Shown piece by piece: positions 1 to 8,668 of a DNA stretch of 32,000 bases. The stretch covers positions 510,001-542,000 of the forward strand of contig JBDHVY010000001.1 of the NCBI GenBank assembly GCA_039809905.1, read 5' to 3'. The position numbers and the translations under genes are program-made. Numbering within the stretch: the first letter of the stretch is position 1; every line of letters begins with the position of its first letter. Origin of the DNA: Candidatus Babelota bacterium (GTDB lineage: Bacteria > Babelota > Babeliae > Babelales > Vermiphilaceae). The notes under the pieces were generated by a model, which was given only the letters and a program-made list of their open reading frames with translations, was not told the origin of the DNA and searched no databases.

Positions 1-316
1 TTGTAACGTTTAATGGATCAACTGAAAAAACATAATTATTTGCACTGTTCGTTCAAATTATTGACCAAATTATTACGCTCCTGTGGAGCTACGTATGGCA
101 GGCCAGCTTTTTTTAAAGATTTAACAATAAAATTTTAAAATCTCTTCTTTTTTCTATCGCGATTTATTGCCTCAAAAACACCTTACCAGATTGGTTTTTC
201 GCTCTTTCACCTATATTGACATAACAAAGTTTTACCTATAAGATTTAAGAGAAAATGCTTTATTTATAAGCATTAAGATAGTGTTTTACAAATCAATTTA
301 TTATCGAAGGATTCAT

Positions 317-706
317 ATGAACTCACGCAATATGTTGCTCGCTGGACTTTTATTCGTAGCTCCTTTTTCAATGATGCTAGCAGAAGATACTAATCCATCT
401 ACAACTACTACATCTACAGATAATAAACCTGGCATGCTATCAAAAATCGGTAATCTTATGATCGCTCCTTTTGCATTTGCATTTGCTACTGCACCTGATT
501 ATGTTGCTAAAAATACTCTTGGCAAAATTGCAGCAATTGAATACCTTAAAGGCGGTAAAGTCGCATCTGTTATTGGTAATCAATATGTAGGTCGTGCAAC
601 TGTTCTAGCTGCAACAGCATACACACTATACAAATTGAACAAAATGTATAACAACTCCCAAGATGATGTTGATGCTAACAACGAAGATTTTTTCGAAAGT
701 AACTAA
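317..706 (+). CDS. Small secreted/membrane-associated hypothetical protein (signal peptide)
   Basis: ORF 281..706; better start ATG at 317 (MNSRNMLLAGLLFVAPFSMMLAED) preceded by GAAGGA; hydrophobic signal-like N-terminus; terminator-like hairpin follows. Confidence 0.75.
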   Translation: MNSRNMLLAGLLFVAPFSMMLAEDTNPSTTTTSTDNKPGMLSKIGNLMIAPFAFAFATAPDYVAKNTLGKIAAIEYLKGGKVASVIGNQYVGRATVLAATAYTLYKLNKMYNNSQDDVDANNEDFFESN

Positions 707-730
707 TACTTTTGTATTAAAAAATTAAAA

Positions 731-758
731 GGAGCTTTTTTTAAGCTCCTCTTTTTTG
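731..758 (+). terminator. Rho-independent terminator after the 317-706 gene
   Basis: AGGAGCTT-TTTTT-AAGCTCCT followed by CTTTTTTG. Confidence 0.8.
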
Positions 759-765
759 ATCCGTT

Positions 766-1440
766 TTATATGTTTCTATTTTTTTCTTCTAATTCTTTCT
801 CTACCAATTCCGCTGTTTTTGATACCTTTTTAATCCATCTTAATAAAATATCTTGTTTTTCTTCATGCGATAATTGCCAGTTATATTCTGATTTGTGTAA
901 TCGATTAATAACATCATATAAGCATAAAGCAACACTTACCGACACATTAAAACTTTCTACAAAACCAAACATTGGTATTTTTACAAACATATCTGCTTGC
1001 GCAAGAGCTTCTTGAGATAATCCCGTTTGTTCACTGCCAAAAAGAAGTGCCGTTTTTTGGTCAAGAGGCAAATCAGGCAATGAATATGATTGTAAATGCG
1101 GCGTTGTTGCAACAATGCGATAGCCTTCCTTTTTTAAGGCAGCAATAGAATCGGTAATTGAGGAATGTGATCTCACATCAACCCATTTTGATGCTCCCAT
1201 AGAAATGGTATCAACTGCTTTAAATTGATATTGCGCTTGCACTACGTTTACATCTTGTACCCCAAAAATATCACACGTACGTAATGCTGCACTGGCATTA
1301 TGTGATTGAAAAAGATCTTCAAGGACTACGGTTATATATCGTGTACGGTTTTGTAGCACTTCGTGCATTTTTTGAGTCTTATTTTCAGTAATGTACTGCA
1401 AGAGGTGATTTATTAATGGTGATTTATCAGAAATATCCAT
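766..1440 (-). CDS. trmH: TrmH-family (SpoU) tRNA/rRNA 2'-O-ribose methyltransferase
   Basis: SPOUT motifs LLFGSEQTGLSQEAL and IPMFGFVESFNVSVSVALCLYDV. Confidence 0.85.
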   Translation of the reverse strand: MDISDKSPLINHLLQYITENKTQKMHEVLQNRTRYITVVLEDLFQSHNASAALRTCDIFGVQDVNVVQAQYQFKAVDTISMGASKWVDVRSHSSITDSIAALKKEGYRIVATTPHLQSYSLPDLPLDQKTALLFGSEQTGLSQEALAQADMFVKIPMFGFVESFNVSVSVALCLYDVINRLHKSEYNWQLSHEEKQDILLRWIKKVSKTAELVEKELEEKNRNI

Positions 1441-1529
1441 TGCTTTTTTGCCTGTATTTTAAAAGAATTATTATTTTTTAGTATACAATTGTTTGAAATG
1501 AAGGGATATAGGGAATAAGGGGAAAGATT

Positions 1530-1705
1530 AAGATTAATGCCCAATCTTATTGGGCTCCCGCACAAAAATTGAATTTTTGTGGAATTTACGTAGGGGTTCC
1601 TTGTCCGAACCCCTACAACCCCAGACACAACCATCCTGGTTGAACTCTTTCGGCATGAACTCGGGCTCTCATCTGCTGCGAGGACTACGCAGCTTCAAAC
1701 CCTCA
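1530..1705 (+). repeat. Left arm of imperfect long inverted repeat; multi-hairpin unit
   Basis: AAGATTAATGCCCAA...CTACGCAGCTTCAAACCCTCA aligns to the reverse complement of 1953-2132. Contains hairpins at 1539-1555, 1561-1581 and 1590-1616. Confidence 0.8.
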
Positions 1706-1952
1706 TCGGGCTGCGCCCTCTTGGCAGCATAGCCTCATGGGACTTTTCACCAATAAAATTCAAGCTTTGCTTGATTCTAGATGTTTTGAAGGAGAGTAGG
1801 ATGAAGCTCGCCTTACCGGCGATAGAGATAAAACTAATTGTAGGGTTGTTTTACTGAGCGTGTGCCCGCGAAAGTAGGGTCGTAATTGAGTAGAATTATA
1901 AGAGGACAAAGTTGGATAAAATAAAGACTTTATACCACTGAAAAATACTGTA

Positions 1953-2132
1953 TGAAGGGTTTGAGACTGCGTAGCTTTGCGCAGCAGGTGAAAGCCCAAG
2001 TTTATTTTTCATCAGGGATCCAAGGGAACGTTGGGGTCTGGGGGTGTGGGGGGCCGGACCAGGGCCCCACCACGAAATTCCACAAAAATATAATTTTTGT
2101 GCGGGTGCCTAACTATATTGGGCATTAATCTT
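1953..2132 (-). repeat. Right arm of imperfect long inverted repeat; multi-hairpin unit
   Basis: Reverse complement is similar to 1530-1705 (roughly 75-80% by eye over the outer ~96 nt). Contains hairpins at 2046-2070 and 2081-2101. Confidence 0.8.
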
Positions 2133-2233
2133 TTTTCTCATTCAATTTAAATCGTTGCACCCCCATTTGACAACCAATAACCCACTAATTACAATTAAAA
2201 ATAAGACAATCTAACCACAAAAAAGGTATCCCA

Positions 2234-2644
2234 ATGAAAAAAAATCTTTTATCTACACTATCTGCAATAATAATATCTACCGCCCTCATATCCCTCTGCT
2301 CTCAAAAAACAACCTCTCAGAATCTAATATATCTTCACCAGCAAACTAAATCCCTTAATGCTTTCATTACAACAGGTGATGTTATTTTGGATTTTTATGC
2401 AGATTGGTGCAACCCTTGCAAACGCATGTCACCACTCATTGATGCTGTTGCAGCACTTATGCCGCAATTCACGTTTATTAAAATCAATCGTGATAACTTT
2501 CGCGATTTAGCAAAATCATATAATATCACCAGCATTCCAACGCTTATCTTCTTGCGTGACGGTAAAGAAATTGGACGTTATGATGGTGGCCCACTGACAG
2601 AAACAAAGCTTCAAAACTTAGTTTCTTCTGTTTATAACAAGTAA
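2234..2644 (+). CDS. Thioredoxin-family protein with N-terminal signal/anchor
   Basis: DFYADWCNPCKRMSPLIDAV active site, cis-Pro region SYNITSIPTLIFLRDGKEIGRYDG, hydrophobic N-terminus. Confidence 0.9.
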   Translation: MKKNLLSTLSAIIISTALISLCSQKTTSQNLIYLHQQTKSLNAFITTGDVILDFYADWCNPCKRMSPLIDAVAALMPQFTFIKINRDNFRDLAKSYNITSIPTLIFLRDGKEIGRYDGGPLTETKLQNLVSSVYNK

Positions 2645-2645
2645 A

Positions 2646-3776
2646 TTAAGAAGTATGATTAGTGCAAGGAGTACTAAATTGCCAGATACTCGTTGCCCAG
2701 CCCGATGCTAAACCTAACACAGCAACTATAGAACCAATGGTAGCATTTATTCTCTCTTGCTGTTTATTTTCAGCAATTGCTTGGCTTTGTAATGCCGTAT
2801 GAGTATCAGCAATCATTGAACGATTATTTATCTGACCATCAGCCTGGTCTATCGTTTTTTTCATAAGCTCAAGAAGTAATGCTTTATAAGCTTCAGGATT
2901 GTTTCGTTGCATTTTTGCATATTGCTCATTTAAATTATTCACATGCTGCTCATAGGGATCTCCGAAAAAACGATCCATCAGCTGGCGTATTATGTTTTTG
3001 TCTCCTTGCTGATTATTCACATGCATATGTTCAGTAATCAGCTTGGGATTAATATCTAACTGTTGCAGACATTCAGCAAAAACCCCCACATCATCCAGTC
3101 CTAACTTATGTTTTTGAGCAAATTCATGCAATACAGGATTACATGATTGGATGAATGCCCACACTTCTTTTTCTGTGTATTCTTTCTCATAGCTATCATC
3201 CAGAGCCTTACCCGTTAGCTGCACCAATGATTGTGGTAAAAATGATTTTTTCTGACGACGCAAAGAAGGAGCATCTTCATTACTTAATGAAGCAGAACGT
3301 TTACGAACAGGCTTAGATGCACTGCCGGCAGAGCGATTCAATGGAGCAACAGGTTTACGAACAGGTTTAGGTGTACTTTCAGCAGAACGATCCCGATGCG
3401 TGCGTTGAGTTACTACGAGTGCCTTTTCCAATTCCTTAACACTTGTTATTCTTGTTTTCATCAAATTACGCGATGAAGAATTTTGAGACGCAAGTATAAT
3501 AGCAGGAACTGGTGATTTTTTTTTATTTTTCTCACTCACTTCGTCAGTTATTTGAATAACAGTCTGAGAATTTTCTGGATCTTTGGTAAGAATCGGAGAA
3601 GACATTGGTTGGTTTTTGTTTATTTTCCCACTCGTTTCATCAGTTATTTGAATAACAGTCTGAGGGTTTTCTGGATTTTTGGATGGATTTTTTTTAAAAA
3701 CAGGATCATCCATACAGCATGTCATGAAAGCAAAAGATAGAGCACACACGACAAAGATATTTTTTTTTCTTTCCAT
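2646..3776 (-). CDS. Putative lipoprotein/secreted hypothetical with internal repeats and C-terminal hydrophobic segment
   Basis: MERKKNIFVVCALSFAFMTCCMDD lipobox-like start; duplicated TVIQITDE segment; IGSIVAVLGLASGWATSI near the C-terminus. Confidence 0.7.
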   Translation of the reverse strand: MERKKNIFVVCALSFAFMTCCMDDPVFKKNPSKNPENPQTVIQITDETSGKINKNQPMSSPILTKDPENSQTVIQITDEVSEKNKKKSPVPAIILASQNSSSRNLMKTRITSVKELEKALVVTQRTHRDRSAESTPKPVRKPVAPLNRSAGSASKPVRKRSASLSNEDAPSLRRQKKSFLPQSLVQLTGKALDDSYEKEYTEKEVWAFIQSCNPVLHEFAQKHKLGLDDVGVFAECLQQLDINPKLITEHMHVNNQQGDKNIIRQLMDRFFGDPYEQHVNNLNEQYAKMQRNNPEAYKALLLELMKKTIDQADGQINNRSMIADTHTALQSQAIAENKQQERINATIGSIVAVLGLASGWATSIWQFSTPCTNHTS

Positions 3777-3803
3777 AACACACCCCCATGCGTACAGATA
3801 ACT

Positions 3804-4052
3804 TTACTTATTTTCAGCTAATTGCTTCTTTTCATTTTTTGCTTTTTGTAGTTCTTTCTCCAATTCATCAAAACTTCCTACTGTTCTTTTTGGTGACGAT
3901 GCAGCTCCATCACTACCAGTTAAATTTTTTGGTTTGGTTGTATTATCATTTTTTGAAGAATCCTTTTTTCTTTTGAGAGAAACCTTTATTCTCTCTGCAC
4001 CATCTAAAAAAGCACAAAAAAATAGACTCATCATAAAGATTATTTTCTTCAT
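3804..4052 (-). CDS. Small secreted Lys-rich hypothetical protein
   Basis: MKKIIFMMSLFFCAFLDGAERIK signal peptide; contains SFDELEKELQKA, resembling its neighbours. Confidence 0.65.
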   Translation of the reverse strand: MKKIIFMMSLFFCAFLDGAERIKVSLKRKKDSSKNDNTTKPKNLTGSDGAASSPKRTVGSFDELEKELQKAKNEKKQLAENK

Positions 4053-4087
4053 TACTACCTCTTACCAACAATTGCCCATTAATTTTC

Positions 4088-4321
4088 TTATTTTTTTTCT
4101 TGTGGATTTCTGCATTGATCAGAATCTTCACTGAATGAAACTATCCGATGATTTGATACATAAGGAACTTCAGGTCTTTTGATAACATGTGTTTTGCTTT
4201 TTATTTGTTGCATAGCTTGTTCAAGTTGCGCAAGATTATTTATGGGCTGTTTAACTTGAGATTGCGATGCTTGTAAGCTCAAAGAATAGCAGAGTACAAA
4301 AAACAATATTTTTTTTGACAT
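4088..4321 (-). CDS. Small secreted hypothetical protein
   Basis: MSKKILFFVLCYSLSLQASQS signal peptide; contains NLAQLEQAMQQI. Confidence 0.65.
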   Translation of the reverse strand: MSKKILFFVLCYSLSLQASQSQVKQPINNLAQLEQAMQQIKSKTHVIKRPEVPYVSNHRIVSFSEDSDQCRNPQEKK

Positions 4322-4376
4322 AGTGATTTTCCCCCTTTTTAAGAAACTGGCACTATTCTACCTCATTGTCTCTCCA

Positions 4377-4409
4377 AAAAAAAAGAAGAAGGAAAATTTT
4401 CCTTCTTCT
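4377..4409 (-). terminator. Rho-independent terminator after nrdB
   Basis: Perfect palindrome AGAAGAAGGAAAATTTTCCTTCTTCT (4384-4409) followed on the minus strand by a U-tract. Confidence 0.8.
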
Positions 4410-4440
4410 CATTGATGCAGTGCATACTATAATAAAAAAT

Positions 4441-5442
4441 TTACCACTCCAATGAACCAGCTGTTTGATATTCCGTAACTCTGGATTCAAAAAAGTTTTT
4501 CTCTTTGCTTAAATCAGTTGATTGAGACATCCACGGGAACGGATTTTTGGTTCCATATATTTTCGCTAAATCAATACGTTCCAAACGCCGATCAGCAATA
4601 TGTTCAACATATTCAGCAAATTGTTGTGCATTAATACCAAGCATCCCTTGCGGACATGCATCAAGCGCGTATTGTTTCTCTAAAATTACCGCCTGTTTAA
4701 CTAATTCAGTAATCTCTCTCTGAAAACTTTCAGTCCAAATTTCAGGATTTTCTGCTTTGATCATATTGATTAAATCACAACCAAATGCAAGATGCAGACT
4801 TTCATCGCGCATGATGTATTCAAATTGCTCACCAATACCAACCATTTTATTTTGGCGCTTTAAAGCAAGCATCATTGCAAAACCTGCATAAAAGAAAATA
4901 CCTTCCATAATTACATAAAAGCCAACCAAATCGTGAACAAATCGTTGAATGTTTTCAATGGTATCTGTTTTAAAATTTGGATCCATAATTGATTTTGTTA
5001 AATTAACCACAAAATCATCTTTTTCTTTAATGGAAGGAATAACCTCATACATATTATAAATTTCATCAGGATTTAACCCTAATGAATCACAACAATAAAT
5101 AAAGGTATCTGTATGAACAGCTTCTTCATATGCTTGACGCAACAAATATTGACGACATTCAGGATTTGTTACGTATTTATAGACCGTTAATACTAAATTA
5201 TTTGCTGTTAACGATTCTGCTGTTGAAAAAAAACCAAGATTCCATAAAATCAAACGCCGCTCATTAGCCGATAAAATAGATGAAGATTTCCACTGCTCAA
5301 TATCAAGCTGCATAGAAACTTCTTCAGGTGTCCAATTATTTGCAACGCCATCTTTATAATGTTGGCGCGCCCATGGATAACGCATAGGTAAAATTTTGTT
5401 TGGATCAACAGTCGAATTATTAATGATTCCATTTTTATTCAT
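4441..5442 (-). CDS. nrdB: Ribonucleoside-diphosphate reductase subunit beta, class Ic-like (Phe at the radical-Tyr position)
   Basis: Ligand motifs AESL, EEAVHTDTF, MEGIFFYAGF and MRDESLHLAFG, with spacing matching R2 proteins; downstream of nrdA. Confidence 0.95.
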   Translation of the reverse strand: MNKNGIINNSTVDPNKILPMRYPWARQHYKDGVANNWTPEEVSMQLDIEQWKSSSILSANERRLILWNLGFFSTAESLTANNLVLTVYKYVTNPECRQYLLRQAYEEAVHTDTFIYCCDSLGLNPDEIYNMYEVIPSIKEKDDFVVNLTKSIMDPNFKTDTIENIQRFVHDLVGFYVIMEGIFFYAGFAMMLALKRQNKMVGIGEQFEYIMRDESLHLAFGCDLINMIKAENPEIWTESFQREITELVKQAVILEKQYALDACPQGMLGINAQQFAEYVEHIADRRLERIDLAKIYGTKNPFPWMSQSTDLSKEKNFFESRVTEYQTAGSLEW

Positions 5443-5511
5443 GATTAACCTTTTTAGTAAAATATATTGATCAAAATTGCATATTTTGCAGTATTATCAA
5501 AGAAATATGCT

Positions 5512-8076
5512 TTACTGACACACATCACACGCAGGATCATCTGAAATACTACACGCTTTACCCACCACAATATCTTCATCTGATGTAATAGTATCAACAG
5601 AATCAGTATCTTTTTTGGCAACCATATTTTCAAAAGCGCCGTTTTCTATCGATTTATACACACGTTTTTGCGTAAATCCAAACTTATTAGCATCAAGGCT
5701 TGCTTTTTCAATTTGACTCGCGCCCAACGTTCGTAAGTAATACGTTGTTTTAAGCCCGGCATTCCATGCTGCAATATAAATATCATTAAGCTTTTTACCA
5801 GAAACACCACGCATAAATACATTGTGCGATATGCTTTGGTCAAGCCATTTTCCACGAGCTGCAGTAATAGAAATAAGATGCAATGGATCAATTTCAAATG
5901 CTTCTTGATATTTATCTTTTAATTCTTGCGGAATAATATCAATCATTTGTAGATTACCATCATAATATTTCAACAGCTCAAGCATATCCTGATCCCACAA
6001 TCCACGAGCCTTTAAATCATCTACCAAATAGGTATTAACAACCGTAAATTCACCACTCATGTTTGTTTTAACATACATATTTTTGTAAATTGGCTCAATT
6101 GAAGGATAAACACCTGAAATATTTGCAATTGTTGCTGTTGGTGCAATTGCCATAACATTTGAATTGCGCATACCATATGCTTGCACATGCTCACGGACTG
6201 GAGACCAATCACGTTTACCATTACGTTTTACACAAATTTCCATACCACGTTCTTCTTCAAGTAAATCAATGGTATCTTGTGGGAAAATGTTACGATCCCA
6301 TTTGGAGCCCTTATACGATTGATAAGCACCGCGCTCTTGTGCAAGTTGTGATGATGTTAAAATGGCATGATATGCCACAAATTCCATTACCTCATCAGCA
6401 TATTCAATTGTTTCTTGTGATGAAAAATTAAGACCAACTTGATACAATAAATCTTGAAAACCCATTATACCAAGACCAACAGGACGATGACGCATGTTTG
6501 ATGTTTGAGCTTCTTTAACTGGATAATAGTTAATATCAATAACGTTATCCAACATACGTACGGCAAGAGCGATTGTTTTGCTTAATTTTTCTTCATCAAG
6601 TTTTCCGTCTTTAACATGATATGCCAAATTAATAGAACCAAGATTACAAACGGCTATTTCTTCTGCACAAGTGTTCAACGTGATTTCTGTACACAAATTA
6701 GAACTATGCACAACACCAACATGATCTTGAGGAGAACGAATATTACACGGATCTTTGAACGTAATCCAAGGATGACCTGTTTCAAACAATCTACTTAACA
6801 TTTTACGCCATAATTCACGCGCTGAAAGCGTTTTATGCATCTTGATAGCGTTCAATTTCACCATTTCTTCATATTCCACATAGCGCTTTTCAAAAGCTTT
6901 ACCATAAAGATGATGCAGATCAGGTGTTTCTGCTGGAGAAAAGAGTGTCCATTGCTCATCTGCAATAACACGTTTCATGAATAAATCAGGAATCCAATGC
7001 GCAGTATTAATATCATGCGTACGGCGACGTTCATCACCAGTATTTTTACGCAAATCAATAAAATCTTCTATTTCCAAATGCCATGTTTCAAGATACACAA
7101 CCGCAGCACTACGGCGTTTACCACTACGATTGATCGCCGCAACAACATCGTTATTAATTTTCAAAAATGGTAATACACCTTGGCTTTCTGTTTTGATCGA
7201 ATCAATCATTGCGCCACAAGCACGAATATTACTCCAATCAACAGCAACTCCTCCAGACCATTTTGCAAGCTGAGCTGAATCTGAATAACTTTTGAAAATA
7301 TTAATTAAATCATCTTCAACTGTTGAAAGAAAACATGAACTTAATTGTGGTCGCAAAAGTCCACTATGCAATAACGTTGGGGTACTTGGTACATAATGCA
7401 GCGACGACATTGCATGATAAAAATCAACTGCTGCTTTATTTTTATCCGGTTCATTATATGAAAGTCCCATTGCAATACGCATCCAAAATGCTTGCGCAAG
7501 CTCAATGTGGCGCATTTCATATTTCAGGAAATATCGCTTATATAAGGTACTAACACCCATATAATCAAAAAGACTATCTCTTTCAATCACTAACTGTGCA
7601 GCAAGATACTCTAAATCAAAATCTGCTAAACGCTTATCAAGCAACTCAAGATTGATTCCCGTAGCAATACCAGTAATAAATGATTGCCGATATAGTTGTT
7701 CATGGTCACTGCAGGTAATAGAATTATGGGTTACTTTTTTAAATAATTTTTTAAGTTGTAAACGGACAGCAACTTTACTATATGCAGGATCTCGTTCAAT
7801 AAAACTAATAGTTGCTAATATTAATGCATCAGCAATACCGCTTGGGGTAATACCATCAAAAATATTTTTCAACGTTTCACTTAAAAGCAATTCCGAATCA
7901 ACAACAGATTCGTATCCCATACAAGCCCAGCCAATTGCCCGTTGCAATCGTTTCTCGCTCACTACTTCCCGAATTCCATCAGGCTTTACAACAGAAAACA
8001 TATAGACATTTTTTCCTGTTTTTTCAGCTACGTCATTCTGTAAAAATGGTGCGGCTGAGGCTCGATTATGTTCCAT
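5512..8076 (-). CDS. nrdA: Ribonucleoside-diphosphate reductase subunit alpha, with ATP-cone
   Basis: ATP-cone-like N-terminus; PQLSSCFLS; LCTEITLNTCAEEIAVCNLGSINLA; RHRPVGLGIMGFQDLL; C-terminal CDVC. ORF opens at 8082; ATG at 8076 has the better-placed AGAGG. Confidence 0.96.
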   Translation of the reverse strand: MEHNRASAAPFLQNDVAEKTGKNVYMFSVVKPDGIREVVSEKRLQRAIGWACMGYESVVDSELLLSETLKNIFDGITPSGIADALILATISFIERDPAYSKVAVRLQLKKLFKKVTHNSITCSDHEQLYRQSFITGIATGINLELLDKRLADFDLEYLAAQLVIERDSLFDYMGVSTLYKRYFLKYEMRHIELAQAFWMRIAMGLSYNEPDKNKAAVDFYHAMSSLHYVPSTPTLLHSGLLRPQLSSCFLSTVEDDLINIFKSYSDSAQLAKWSGGVAVDWSNIRACGAMIDSIKTESQGVLPFLKINNDVVAAINRSGKRRSAAVVYLETWHLEIEDFIDLRKNTGDERRRTHDINTAHWIPDLFMKRVIADEQWTLFSPAETPDLHHLYGKAFEKRYVEYEEMVKLNAIKMHKTLSARELWRKMLSRLFETGHPWITFKDPCNIRSPQDHVGVVHSSNLCTEITLNTCAEEIAVCNLGSINLAYHVKDGKLDEEKLSKTIALAVRMLDNVIDINYYPVKEAQTSNMRHRPVGLGIMGFQDLLYQVGLNFSSQETIEYADEVMEFVAYHAILTSSQLAQERGAYQSYKGSKWDRNIFPQDTIDLLEEERGMEICVKRNGKRDWSPVREHVQAYGMRNSNVMAIAPTATIANISGVYPSIEPIYKNMYVKTNMSGEFTVVNTYLVDDLKARGLWDQDMLELLKYYDGNLQMIDIIPQELKDKYQEAFEIDPLHLISITAARGKWLDQSISHNVFMRGVSGKKLNDIYIAAWNAGLKTTYYLRTLGASQIEKASLDANKFGFTQKRVYKSIENGAFENMVAKKDTDSVDTITSDEDIVVGKACSISDDPACDVCQ

Positions 8077-8668
8077 TGGCATCCTCTAATCTTTTAAGGT
8101 TTGGTTATGTTCATTCACAATAAATACATTATCGGTATCTTCAATAGCATATTCCATCAAAGTTACCCAACAAAATAATGAAAAAATATTCTTATTTTTT
8201 TTAAATAGTTGCTATATGAAAAAAGATCATATGTGGTATCATTCTAGGATAATGACTAAGCCCCTTATAATCAAATAGTTTTTATAACTTTTTATTGAAA
8301 ATATATTCTTAAATTTTTTTCAACCTTCGAATTAAAATTAATACATTTAGAATAAAAACATTGTTGTGATGTTATATTTCCATTTCATCGACTACACAGA
8401 AAGAACTCATCATTTTTATTCAAAAAAAAGAGACCCGTTATAAATACAAACAAGAAAATGATTCCAAAAAACATTTTTTTAAAAAGGTCTAATCGTTAAT
8501 TTCTTACTTAAAAAGAATAATTTTATCTTTTTAAATACCTTATAAGTAATCTTATTGAAATAAATTTATAATTTTTTTTTAAAACTTATTAACTTTATCC
8601 ACAAAAATCTTCTATAATAGAAATAGGTCGTATAAAAATTGATACTTTATAACAAAAAAGAGCTTATT

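Noticed and set aside
770-1015. Plus-strand 81-aa ORF antisense to the TrmH-family gene
   Set aside because: Fully inside a well-supported minus-strand gene; no signal, motif or ribosome-binding site.
1413-1999. ORFs 1413..1634, 1550..1732 and 1760..1999 in the inverted-repeat region
   Set aside because: They arise from the structured repeat arms and spacer, have no recognisable motifs, and are not supported by start-site context.
1530-2132. Intact insertion sequence or IS with transposase
   Set aside because: Inverted arms are present, but no transposase ORF lies between them and no target-site duplication could be seen.
3552-4134. Plus-strand ORFs 3552..3740, 3788..3976 and 3934..4134
   Set aside because: Antisense to signal-peptide-bearing small genes; composition reflects complement of Lys-rich coding sequence.
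5646-8005. Several plus-strand ORFs antisense to nrdA (for example 6159..6431, 6977..7273, 7652..8005)
   Set aside because: Shadow ORFs of a highly conserved gene.
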